Shown: one piece after another, positions 39,566 through 51,700 of the stretch
How positions within the stretch are numbered: the stretch's first letter is position 1
How the letters are laid out: the number at the start of each line of letters is the position of its first letter
Source: Ptychomitrium polyphyllum
Taxonomy: Eukaryota
Direction: 5' to 3'
Assembly (NCBI GenBank): GCA_973851085.1
Contig: OZ316776.1
Span: 15,810,001-15,874,000, forward strand
Length of the DNA: 64,000 bases
Made by a program: the position numbers and the translations under genes
The notes under the pieces: generated by a model
Told to the model about the DNA's origin: nothing
Databases searched by the model: none
Seen by the model: the letters and a program-made list of their open reading frames with translations, nothing else

Positions 39566-42440
39566 GCTGGGCAGAGAGAGTGAGGGCGCTAAGACGCGAG
39601 GGTGGCGAGCAACACCACTTTCTTAAAAAAATAAAGATAATGATAAACTTTAAATTAACTTTTTGTAAGTTGTATTCATTGTAAGAGGGCCACCTAAACT
39701 GTTAGTCATCATTTTCATTATTTAAATCTCTAATTTCGTCTTTAGATTTTCAATTTTTCATTTTTATTTTAGATCAATTGCATTCTAGTACAAAATCAAC
39801 ATGCCTTTAAATGTATACTTATATTTATCATGTTTGTAACAAAATTTTCATAGTACATGCATTAGAATAGTATTATCATAAGACATATCATGAAAGAATG
39901 TTATAAGAACAAAATGATTTTAAGATGTATCATGCAATTATCTCATTTGTAGTTAGTATATCAAAATCATATACCATTCAAGTACAATAAATTGTACTTG
40001 AATTTTCACTTGGGAACATAATAATATTATAAATTGTATCTATAATAAAAGTTGCAATAACAAATGAAGTAATAGTTTAATAGACAAGTCATATTGGCAA
40101 ATATAATAGTGGATGGAGGCCAATTAAAAGCTTACAAATTAATTTAGTTTTGTTCAAATGCCTCATTTGAAATTTACGATTTTTTAATATTTTCTATATA
40201 TGCCAAAAATAAGCCTCATATAAGGCATTTGGAAAAATTTAAACTAAATTATGGCCTACCAAATTTTAAAGCCATCTCTAAGGTTCATTAAACAACTACA
40301 ATGGGTGGGCTAGGAACTATGGATTTATATATACAAAAAAAAACACCTTTATCATTTATTTGAATAATTTCGTTTTTTTTTTTGTCTATTTTCCTTGGCC
40401 ATTGTTCTATCCATCACTACAATCTTTAGAATCTTAGCATCTTCTAACATTTATTCTAGAATCAAAAAGAAATAAACTTTGATGAGACTTGGTAAATCTT
40501 TGGTATCCACCATAGGCCTTGCTCCATTTTTACAAGCAATAAAGCGAATTCAAAGATAGAAAATGGTTGGAGAGTATAAAATCTTCTTTATTCTTAAATA
40601 AGAAGTGAGATACATAATCCATTTTTCCTTGAAATTTTGTGACTACATTTTTATCCACACAAACAATTAAATGATCCCATATTTTATCAAGGCTATGATT
40701 GCACCAACAATCGTAAATAGCTAGCATCCACCAACCACATAGTAGTCAATTGTAGCAACCATGGCCAATGAGGCCTAATATTCCTTGCAATATTGTCTAA
40801 GGACTTATAATTGTTAAGGAAAAAAAGCAAAATAATTGAAGCTTAAAAAAGGAAATACAATAATATAGGTGAACACAATCAAAAGTGTAAAAGTAAAAAA
40901 TACCTAATACAAGTGTGAGTAGGACATAAATACATCTATGGTGCAAAATTAAGAGATTAAATGCTATTTCAAATCTTCACATGTCATTTATGTATATAAT
41001 ATGAAATCAAATAGTATGAATTATGAATCTTATGATTCAACACTTTTATGTATTTATATAAGACTATTTTTATTTTTAGTTGCATTTTTGTATAAGTTAT
41101 GAGATCCATTCATTCCATCTATTATAAATTATGGTATTTATTAGTATCTAGAATACATTGTAGCTACTGAACGGTTTGTTATTAGATAATTTTAGGATAT
41201 ATAATAAAAATTTAGAATATACAATAAATCATTATGCAAACATTCATTTGACAAGTTTTACTTTAAAAAATACTAAAATTTTAGTCAAAGAAGTACAAAT
41301 ATGCTATACAATTACAATACATGAATTATAAATATCAAATATAGTATTTTTTTTTAATTTTTTTTAATATATACTAAATGAATATATTTATATTCAGTAT
41401 AGTAATGTCTTTCATCCACCATATATTACTACAGTCTTTATGATGTAGAATCAAATGACATAAGGTATGCATTCTATGGTGTTGTAATCTTTCCAACATT
41501 TATTAATTCAATCCTCACCTATTAAAAATTTGATCTTCAACCAAGTTGGCCACCAACCATTCCATTACCTTAGTGACTACTTTTCCTTGTTATCTAACCA
41601 TAACGTGGTCTGAGTCATGAGATTTCTGATAAGTGGGAATTATGCTCTCAATCTTTGTGCCATTCTCTGTCGGGGTTTTGTTTTCCTCGAGAAGGCTACC
41701 AACACTTCTTATTGACTTCACTGGTTTTCCAAATTCACCTTGCTCAAGCTTAGTTGGATTCAAGGGGTTGTAAATGGAGCAGAACAGGAGACTCCGGAAG
41801 CCAGAATGGATGGGGAATTGTTGACATATAGGAGGCACTGTACTAATCTTGTGAGAAACTTTGAAACCTTGAGGCTTGAAGCTGAAATTGTCTACCAATG
41901 AGGGCATTTCCGTTTCTGAGAATGTTTTTACCATGTAACCAGATGGTAGATGGCCTTGTGCATCGGCTTGGAAGAGAGGAGACAGCAGAGTGATGAGAAT
42001 AGGTGGCGTTGCTAGATCACATAGCTCTGTTAAAGTATGGGAAAGTTCAAGTCATTAGTCATGCCATGTACAAATATTGTAATGATCGGTTCGTTGTAGC
42101 AGAATCACATATCAAGATTTTCCTGAAGCAGTTTATATGAGATTTTTATAGCTCGAACATACTAGTGAAGCATTTGTATTTCATTCAATGGGAACTATGC
42201 AGGTCCCAGAATAATAACGCCCATGCCCTCACTGAGTTAAAGTTCTTGAGTGTGAGCACAGTCTCTCAAGCCTTCTTTGCTAGCTGTACTCTATACGATT
42301 GTTATATTCCGCCTTATATGCTAGTGTTATGCGAATCGCAAATGTAAACTCATTGAGTGTTGTGTTTTTGAGGAACTAAATATTGCCCATATCAGCTTGC
42401 TGATGGTGGGACTAGTGTTTTAGCACTGGGTTTTTTCACT

Positions 42441-43471
42441 TCATGGGCAGAACACGACTTCGTAGTCGCTGCCAAGGTTGCAGCCGTACACCACACCTGG
42501 ATTTGCTGTCTTATCGTCCTGGGAGTTGGAATAGGAACTCGGGCATCTAGCTTTGAAGGCTCTGGACCGTCAGTGGCAACGTTTCCAGTTCCGTCTGTGT
42601 TGTAGCAGCCATTTCCTGGTCCTCCGGTGAGACGGTTTGGCGCCTGGCAGAAGCTATTCAAATCAGAGATGGTGCAGCTAGGAGATCCACAGTGCAATCC
42701 GTTTCGTCCTCCTCCGTTCGTGTTGGTCGGATTGATCAGCAGAGGGAGATTGTAAGCATTCTGCAAGCAGTACCATTTTTAGAATATAAATTAATCCAGG
42801 AACTCCAGATTACCATAAATATATCTGTATCAGTTGTTGCAAAAGTTGCAATTTGAGCAAGTTGGGCAACAATATGGTCATAACAATCTAGAAAACCAGA
42901 GGCAAGGATTTGATATATGAATCTGTAAATGCGGAGGTAATTAGTGGCGACGCTTACCACATTGCTCAAGTCGTAAGAATCCTGGCCATTTTGACCGATT
43001 GTGAATTCATCAAGGTTGGCCTGAGGTTTGGCGTTATTCCCTACGTTGGGGTCTCCACTGCCACCGGGGAACCCCCAAATCAAACCACCCACCCATGAGG
43101 CACCAAACATCTTTCAGATGTGAACCACCGGTTGGGAGCGCGTAGCAAGAAACACCGGTGCCTTGAGCTTGATCACAACCCGAGACAACAAAAGAACACT
43201 GGTTGCGGACGTTGATTTTGGTGGCTGCAAATTGCAATGTTATTATCAGAGGAATGCGTAATTGATTCCGCCATATATATTGTCTTGAATGATAAGCACA
43301 TCAGAACTGGAGCTAAGAATTTCAACAACGACAGCAGTACATACAAAATAAAACTACCCAAAGAATTGCAAAGCTAACACGAAAATGTCGAGGATGGAAC
43401 ATACTTACCATACACAATGCTTGGACCGCCAGCAGAGTGAGCACCACGCTAGCCAGCAGGACTTTTGCCAT
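42441..43471 (-). pseudogene. Thaumatin-like (PR-5) secreted protein, 3 exons, frameshifted
   Basis: Exons 43471-43409 (signal peptide MAKVLLASVVLTLLAVQ), 43224-42958 (TKINVRNQCSF..., EFTIGQNGQDSYDLSNV), 42760-42441 (NAYNLPL..., FKARCPSSYS..DD.T..YGC..GSDYEVVFCP*). Needs three 1-nt corrections: the exon 1/2 phase, near 43108 and near 42566. Confidence 0.88.
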
Positions 43472-44949
43472 CTTGGCACAAGAAACGCAGCTTCGCAGAG
43501 TTCGGTTTAGAGAACAACCAATATTGTGCAGGTCATTGGTGTAATACTAGTCGACTTTGAAAGCTAGCAGGTAAGCTTTGAATGTATATGAGATTGATGC
43601 AGAAGGTGATGTGCTCAAGTGTTTCAGAGCATGAATTTATACTTGTCGCAGCACCGACCTTACAGACTTTCTCCTGGTTACAATCTCGCTGTTCGAAGGA
43701 TGAAATAAAGAAAATGGTAAATCATGACGTGGTAGGCTCACCAATTGATCAACTATTTGGTTGAATTTCTCTGTTGGTGGTAGATCAACTGGTCAAATTT
43801 TCAACTCTTAATTTCTCGATGATGTCACAACTGGTAGTGTGCAAAGTGTCTGCAAACCTCCAAACGTCCATTACGTTACCCCTGCCATGTCAAGTTCCAC
43901 CTCACCTTTAAGTTCTCAGCCTTTAACAATTGTACCAGTTAGATGGGCAAATTTAGAAAAGCATGCTTTCTGCATTTCATGTTGCATAATGCCAGGCTAC
44001 CTTCCCACAAAGGGAAGAGTAGGAGCATGGAAATACGGTGATGTCTCCAGACTGTGCAGCCAACATTTCATCAAAGATGATATTCAGTGTTGTTTAGCGT
44101 TTATTGTCATGGAAATTTATTGTATGGGTAACTCTATTCATGAACAATTGTAAGTATCCTGATGTTTCGAATCAAACGCTTGTTGACATCTAGAATGGGT
44201 AGCTAACATTGGTTTAAAGGTTCATATTTGGAATTAATAAAACTTAATGAGCATCTTTAATGTATCAGGATGAAGGGAGAGAAGAGACACAGAGAATGAC
44301 ACCCTTTTAAGTTACACAGAAAAATGCCCTCCTATAATCTTCACAATACAAGAGGTACTGGAGGGCGTCATATCTGCCCCTCATTCTTTAGTGGAAGGTT
44401 CAATTCACATGGTTAAGTAGCAATGTAATGCAACCAGATTCTTAGAAAGATAGAGACAGGGGTGTTGGAAAAAATCCAAATTCTAAATGATCACAATAAT
44501 CAATAACATAAGTAAAATCTGAAGTTGGAGTATTTTGTTCCAGTAAAAAGATACTCCCTTCAAGGCACCAAGAAGGTGCGACCCACGACTCATAAACTAA
44601 TTGATGCACTCAGCCAATGATTTCTGCGAGTATGATCAAGTTTCATTTATTGGAAGGTGTCAGCTCCTAAATAAGTTACTATATTTACATACCACATTTG
44701 TTACTAATTGGTATTTAAAAAAAATGACAAAACATTTGAAAACCTTTTTTCTTAAAACTTTTTAATGAAAAAATGAAAGATTGGATTTTGGAAGTCATTT
44801 GTTATGTTGATTTATTGTTAAAGAATATTAAAGTGTTTGTTCAAAAGTGATGAACTTTTGTGTATTATTGTGGTTAAATCTCAAAAAGGCCAACCACAAC
44901 GTTATATTAAGTTCAATTTGCAAGAATGTATAATGTATCAATAAATATT

Positions 44950-45210
44950 ATTTGTAGTCTATGATAGTGGAAAATGCCAGCAATCTTGAAATGCTATTAT
45001 TAGCTTTAAAGTGGTCCAAATTTAAGAACTATAAAGTATTTCAAAAAAATTATTAAGTCTATGATTAAGAAATAACAAGTTCTTATGATGAAATTGCAAA
45101 ATCATTCCAAAAAAAATAGAAATAAATGATTTTTTATAGCATGCTATTTACCACCTAACGTTGCTATTAATGACATTGAAAGATCCATGAAAAGAATGAG
45201 GATTTTAATC
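44950..45210 (-). mobile_element. Decayed Helitron Rep-domain remnant
   Basis: PHSFHGS (cf. LPSSFxGS), followed about 70 codons later by IAFQD-GIFHYHRL across a 1-nt shift (cf. IEFQxRGxPHxHxL). Confidence 0.35.
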
Positions 45211-47059
45211 TTATTCATAAACATATCTTTGTACAATTATTGAATGTTTTAAACCAATTCTGTTATATTATTTAACGTCAATCATCTTTATCAAGGATGT
45301 TTTAGCAACAATGCAATTATATTTTGGTGCTCAATTTGTAATAAGCTAAGCAATACTTACATTTGATTTTGTATGATTTTATAACTCCACTTTAGAAACT
45401 TATTACTTCTTAAAATAATCTCAATTTTTTTCCAAATCACTTTTTAGATCTTGATTTGGATTATTGTTGAGTCAATAATGGCATTTTGACAATATTGGTT
45501 TGTGCCACAATTGTAAACAATAAGAAATATTATGAAGTTTACAATAAGTTATTGCAATCAACACCTTACTTTCAACAATGGTTATACTATACAAGGCCAA
45601 TATTAAAAGAAGCAACTATATGATGTTTTTATTTATTTACAATATTGCGTAAAGCCCTTGATTATATTGTGGATTTAAGCATATAAGAATTTTACTAATT
45701 TTAGGTTTTTAAATATTGAAACCTTCAATATTTTATGAATTATATAATTTTTCTATTAGAGACTTATTTATAGAGTTTATGGTTAGAAATTGAAATGCAT
45801 TCCATCCAAATGTATCATGACACTAATTTAGAATTCAATATTAAGGGATTGTTGAGAATGAATCTTCATAAGCACATCTTCATTATCATCATTAATCCAT
45901 TTATATATGTCACAAAATAAATAAACAATCCAAATAACTATGTCACTTTTAACAATTTATATTAAATTCATTATAAATTCTTTGAAGTTTTTCACAACAC
46001 TCTTAGTTGTATGTCAAGTTGCACCTTCAAGTATTTACTTTGAAGTCAAAAATAAAGATAACTAGTACATCATTAATACTAATACATCTTCATGCATAAT
46101 TTTATATTTTTTAAAACATTATTATGATAACTTTTGAAATGCTTACAAAGAACATTTTCAAGTACAATGACTCGTAGCTATGGACTAAGAATGTTATTAG
46201 ATGAAGGTTTAATAAAAAAAATTGAATGGCACAAATTAAAATGAATGTTCCCTCTAAATTATTCACAATACATTTTATACTAGTAATTCCTATAGGTGTG
46301 AATACCAAGCCTTTGTTTCTGCAAAACATCATATTCATTAAATTGAGACATATTAGAATCTCAAATTATGATATTTTGGAATCCCATACTAAAGTTGGGA
46401 GTATAAAAATGCACACATGAACACAGAAAATTCAGATACTTTAAGGTAAAAGCTGCCAAGCTTTTCTGCAAAACTTTCTAACATAGTTTGATCCATGTCG
46501 TTATTCATATTGCCAGATTAGTGATGTGGAATTCACTTTTGCACACCAAAGTGCGGAAGGTGCTCTCTTCCTACATTTACACGGTAAAACATGCTGCTCA
46601 CACTCATGATGCTTGCACAGACTTCAGCGAGGTACTCACGAGTCACTACTTGATTGGTATCAAAGTTTCACTTAAAGCACATGTGGAAAAAAAGTGGCCC
46701 CAATTTACTTTTCCCATCTGGAAAAAATGGATCGATAAATTAAACAACTTAAGACCGTGGAGCATCACATTCTCATCAGGACTCTCTCAGTGTCAACCCA
46801 GGGCAAAAGGCAGATGCCACTTTCTACTAAAGTAACTGAGCTGACTCGGTGAAAGCTGTGCTCAAAATGACATAGCTCCCGTGTATTGGACCAAAGCATT
46901 TGGAAATTAGATTGTAATAAAACTGGACTGTGGTCCCAGGCCTGTTAGCAACAGCTGGTCCTGCAAGGAAAATCTCAATGCTTCACCGTTACTTACGGCG
47001 TACTCCTTCGTAAGTCGACCTTCGCTGCCCGTCTATATTGTCGTTACAAATCTCACAAT

Positions 47060-47800
47060 TCTGAAAGGCTTCAATGAGCTGAGGTGAGCATCAGCGAGGT
47101 GAAGTGTCTCACGTTCTCAAGGTCCTGGAGCTCAAAGCGTACTACAGGGACAGAGCCTGAAAGTATCTTGTGTGAGTGGGGGTTACCGACTGTCAAAATT
47201 TACAGATGTACAGACACTGAAGTTTGGAATTTGACAGATAGTGGATTTTATAGGCTTGAGCTATTCAATATGTCGATCCTGATGTCGACGTTCAAGAGCA
47301 AATTAACAGCTGTATTTAGATGGCTGTTTGAGATTCCTCACGAATACGACACACTTCCTAGTGCAGCCAAAGGGAGTTCCCATTTCCATGTTGTAACTCC
47401 TGGAGATGAGCTGCCGGCTGTGAGCAACGTTGCCAAGTTCGATACTGGGTCATACATGTTGTCTCGCATTTGAGCAGGATCTAGTTTGAAAACATATTAC
47501 ACATGAAGACCGCAAGGTTCCCAAGCTCGTCTTCAGAGTTTTGATTTTGAGTGTATCGTACATCTGACAGAGATTTGAGTACTACCTAGTATCATGTAGG
47601 GAGAGTTGGTTGATTTTTTTCCCCTCAAAGATGTGATCTCTACTAACTCCAGAGTCTCAGTGGAGCTCAGAAAAGGGTGCTGCCAGCAGCTGTTAGAATG
47701 CTTGACTGAGTGGTGGAGTTACCAACCGCATGACAAGAATTGTCAGCCTGTCAACATGTATTGACAGATTTGCAGGATGTTACAGGCTCCGTGTGTATCA
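47060..47800 (+). pseudogene. Decayed LRR-like coding fragment
   Basis: Scattered LxxLxL-type peptides (LKVLELK, LQSFDF, VVELP) in broken frames. Confidence 0.3.
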
Positions 47801-48357
47801 TTTCATGTAACAGAACATTAGATTTGTCTATATTCTGCATTTGCACTCAATTGGCCTTTGCATTCGCCAGCCAGAGTAGTTTCGAAAAGTGATAACTAAA
47901 GCAACTTGTAATAGCTGTCTTGGCTGCTCAATGTGCATTGTGTAACTTGTTTCACTACCGTTTGATTGTCTGAACTCGTGGGATACATTTGATCCTCCTA
48001 AAAAAGATGGCCAGTTGTGTATGGCCTGGTAAAGATGCTTTAAGTTTTTAATAATAAGATGCTTAGGGCTGGTGAGTTTAGTTGTTATCAATCATCGCAT
48101 TCATTGTGGCCACAGATTGTATCAGTATTGGCGCAGTTTTGATGATCGATCACTTCAAAGGTGAAATCTAAACCTTTCCAATTTTGCCAAGCATTTGGCA
48201 CCTTAACAAAGTAACTGCAGCCTGCACCTATTCTGCAAGAAACAAAATCCCACCCATCGTAACGTGCTATCACCCTATGTAGTCACATATTCCAACAGCT
48301 CCATGTGATCATACATGGTATAGAGTTTGCATGTTACACGTGATGCCATGTAACGCA

Positions 48358-48780
48358 GGTTTCTGTATAGTTGTAAAAGTAAAAAAGTAAAAAGGTTAAA
48401 AAGGTTAAAATAAAAAGATAAAATAACAAAAAGGTAAAGAATAAATTAGTAAAACTATTGAAATATCAAATAACAAAAGGTAAATAGTAAAGCATTAAAA
48501 AAAAATAGAACAATGAATAGTAAAATAATAACATAGTAGAACAATGAAAAGGTAAAAAATAATAATAATAAAATAATAATGAATAATAAAATAATAAAAT
48601 AGCACTACAATAAAAGGTAAGAAAGTAAAACAATAAAAACTAGAACAATAGAATAACAAAAGAGTAAAAGGCTTAAAACAATAAAAGTAAAAGTAAGTGA
48701 TACATGCCAACAAATATATAGGATGGAACTATAAGAGTTCTTCTTCTCCTACGTACAGAAACCTAAAATAATAATTTATG
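48358..48780 (-). repeat. Dispersed AT-rich repeat, copy 2 (same family as 11186-11555)
   Basis: gtttctgtatagttgtaaaagtaaaaaagtaaaaagg...ggatggaactataag...acagaaacctaaaataataattt matches the reverse complement of copy 1 at both ends. Confidence 0.6.
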
Positions 48781-51700
48781 ATTCATAATTTTTGATATAT
48801 TGAATTTAGCCTTACTTATCCACCGCCTTACCACTATTGCACATACGTCATGGGTATATTGAATACGAATGGCCAGGAAATAATTGTGACTCTTGGGTTC
48901 TCAAACGCCACCTTTGAATAACACGTTTAGGGAGAGCTCAACGGTTTCTTCTAAACTGGCATGGCACGCGACAAACTGACTTTGGCATTGAAACTATGAT
49001 TGTGGTCACTGATGAATCGCACAGGAACACCCTTGAACAATGAAACTCCTTCCTGTCATTTCAAGTGAGCTGAAAAACCAACTCTTGATTATAAGATTGA
49101 AATCATGCATCCATTGAGCTGTCCACTTAATATTCTCTACTGACTGGAGGAATTTTCAACATTATAATTTTCGAGCTCTGGTGTTAGCTTCAAATTTGTA
49201 GTGGTTGACGAATGTATATACTAGCAAATAGCATTTCCATGAGTTTGATATTTCAGATGCAGAATGTTTTTCCAAGATAAACTAATTAAAGTTATCACAG
49301 GGTGAGAGGAGGAGTTCTCACCACGTTATCTGCTTGCCACCATGTGGAGTGGATAGGTTATCGATGACCACCGTCATTGTCGGTATATAGAACTGCACTC
49401 ATTGTTATGACGTCCTCAGCAACGATGTGACCACTGACTCCGAAGCAGCTTCTTCGACTCAAAACCGTACAGACTCTGCGAGTTAGAAATTGGTTTCTAT
49501 CAAAACGTACTATGGACTCCAATTCCGTTAAACCATGCAAAGTTTCTTCCAAACTTCTGAAATTTCTCATGGTAAACTTAGATGTTAGTCGTGTAAGAAA
49601 GCAGTTTCTTTAGTACGGATGTGGCCTTAGCAATGGCATGGCTTCGTAGCAAGGACATCCATAGATTAATACTTTTCCTTTTTTCTCGTGAGAGTGACGT
49701 CCAAGTTGGGCTGATGGCAGGAGTATCGCGTGAAGACTTAGGAAGTTGCATGGCTAACTGTGAATAGATGGCACTCATTTTGGTATGAATGGACCTTGGA
49801 CAGCACACTCATTCGTCACCATTAGTACCCACCTTTCAACCTCTACTCAATAGGTATGGCTATTGACCAGCAGCGCAGCGGTACCAATGGCTACACCCAT
49901 GTTGGAGTCACGCCCCAGGAGCTGCACAAGGAGCGGAAACCTTCCAAGAACCTTCACAAATGGTTCGGAAGTATCTCGAACAGTAGTTCGGATATGGAGA
50001 GTGAATCAGGAAGTACTGAGTATGTGAAGTTCAGGGCAAGGCAGGCTCCGTTGGTGATGAACCACTTTCCTACTGCCAATCGCCTCAGCCGTCAGTAATG
50101 GAATCAAATTAAATGGCAGCATCCACTAATCTGATGGTGGCGTAGGCGGTACTCGAAACTGCACTTGTACTAATCCATCTCAGGATCCATTCTCGGAGCT
50201 TGAGAAGGTATGATCTCTTGGAGCTCAAAGTATTTTGTGCCTTCAACTTTTCTAGGCACCATTCAATGGTTGAGAACTCAAGAAGTATCCGGTGTCTACC
50301 AGATTCTGAACAGGTTCTATTCACGCACTCACGATACAAGGAGGTTGCCGAAGTTTGTCGGCTGCCATTCATTGTTGTGAAAATTTTATATAAATTGGGA
50401 AGAGATTACTCCAAATGTACATTAGAAGTCACGCTTTACTATTTCGAGTGAAATAATACATGCCGTAATGTCTAAATAATTTCAATATCTATTTCTAGAG
50501 TCATTGGCTTTATGATTATCTGGAATGGTATCTTCACCAGAGTAATCACTCTGTACAGATTTCGGTGCGCACAAGTGTATTGGAGTATAATGTATATATA
50601 AGGTCATATTTGTGCATCTCAAATTCTCCATCACTTTCTCTGAAGGGTTGTTTGCTGTTACAACTGAATGTAACAGTTCCAAAAGTCAAAGGTTACAGTG
50701 ATCTTTAAAGATGCTCAGTGATGTTTAAAGATATTTCGTGTTGAAGAGATTAAGCGTCTCAAATTCTCTTTCGAAAACGACTTACACGAGCTTGCAGAGA
50801 ATACGAAAGGTACGACAGCTCATGGCTCGGAATGCATACTCGTATTCACAAATCAACAACGATTTCCTGCTTACACGCATAAACTACCAAGTCTCCCGCC
50901 TCTACTCTAGTGATTTGTGCACCGGCTCATGTCAGTTTCAAACTACCTCAAATCACATCCGAGATTCAATCTCGTAGCTTTACTACCAGTAAATCTTTCA
51001 TTGACTTGACTGAGCACTCACCAAAGTGAACAGGAAAATCTCTAACGACTTCCCACGATACCCATGCCCGCTCAACATTCGATTCTATCGCATTTTCTAT
51101 CTGCCCATGCAATAAAAGGCAGCACTAGGAACATCAGCAAGAGGTTTTTACATGAAGCAATATTATGAGGTCACGGCAGAAAAGGGGTTTGTGACCCAAA
51201 ACCGCTATGAAATATCCTAAAACCAATGTCCTCATAAACAATAAAAGAGAACCAGAAGACGAGAACTACATTTCAGATACAATCGATCGATTATGCAATC
51301 TGTCGTTACTTTAAACACTCTAAAAGGAGTATCTTCTAATGAGGGGCTAATGCCCAAGTAAGGAGATATTGCAATGAATCTACAAAATATCCAGAAATCA
51401 AGTTGAAAATTTTGCTCACCTACTAATATTTATCAACGGTCGTACTTCGTGGTTTGGCATCCTTGTTCACTGGAGCGTCGAATCCTGGTATCAACTTGCT
51501 ACCCTGTTGCAATCACAATGTTTTCTTCAGCAAAATTCTTTGAGCAATCTGCTCCAATAAAATATAAGCACAGATTGCTCGTAAGCCAGGAGGCCAAAGT
51601 GAATCACACAATCACACGTAATACACACGCAATCATTCCTAAAAGTTCTGCCCAGACGCATGTGGAAAATTGTCTCAATCACACTCCACGACCTGGACAA

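Noticed and set aside
46773..46779. Hammerhead ribozyme core CTGATGA (minus strand)
   Set aside because: No suitably placed GAAA or stem II.
49009..49045. Hammerhead-like CTGATGA...GAAA (plus strand)
   Set aside because: The intervening sequence does not form stem II and no flanking helices are evident.
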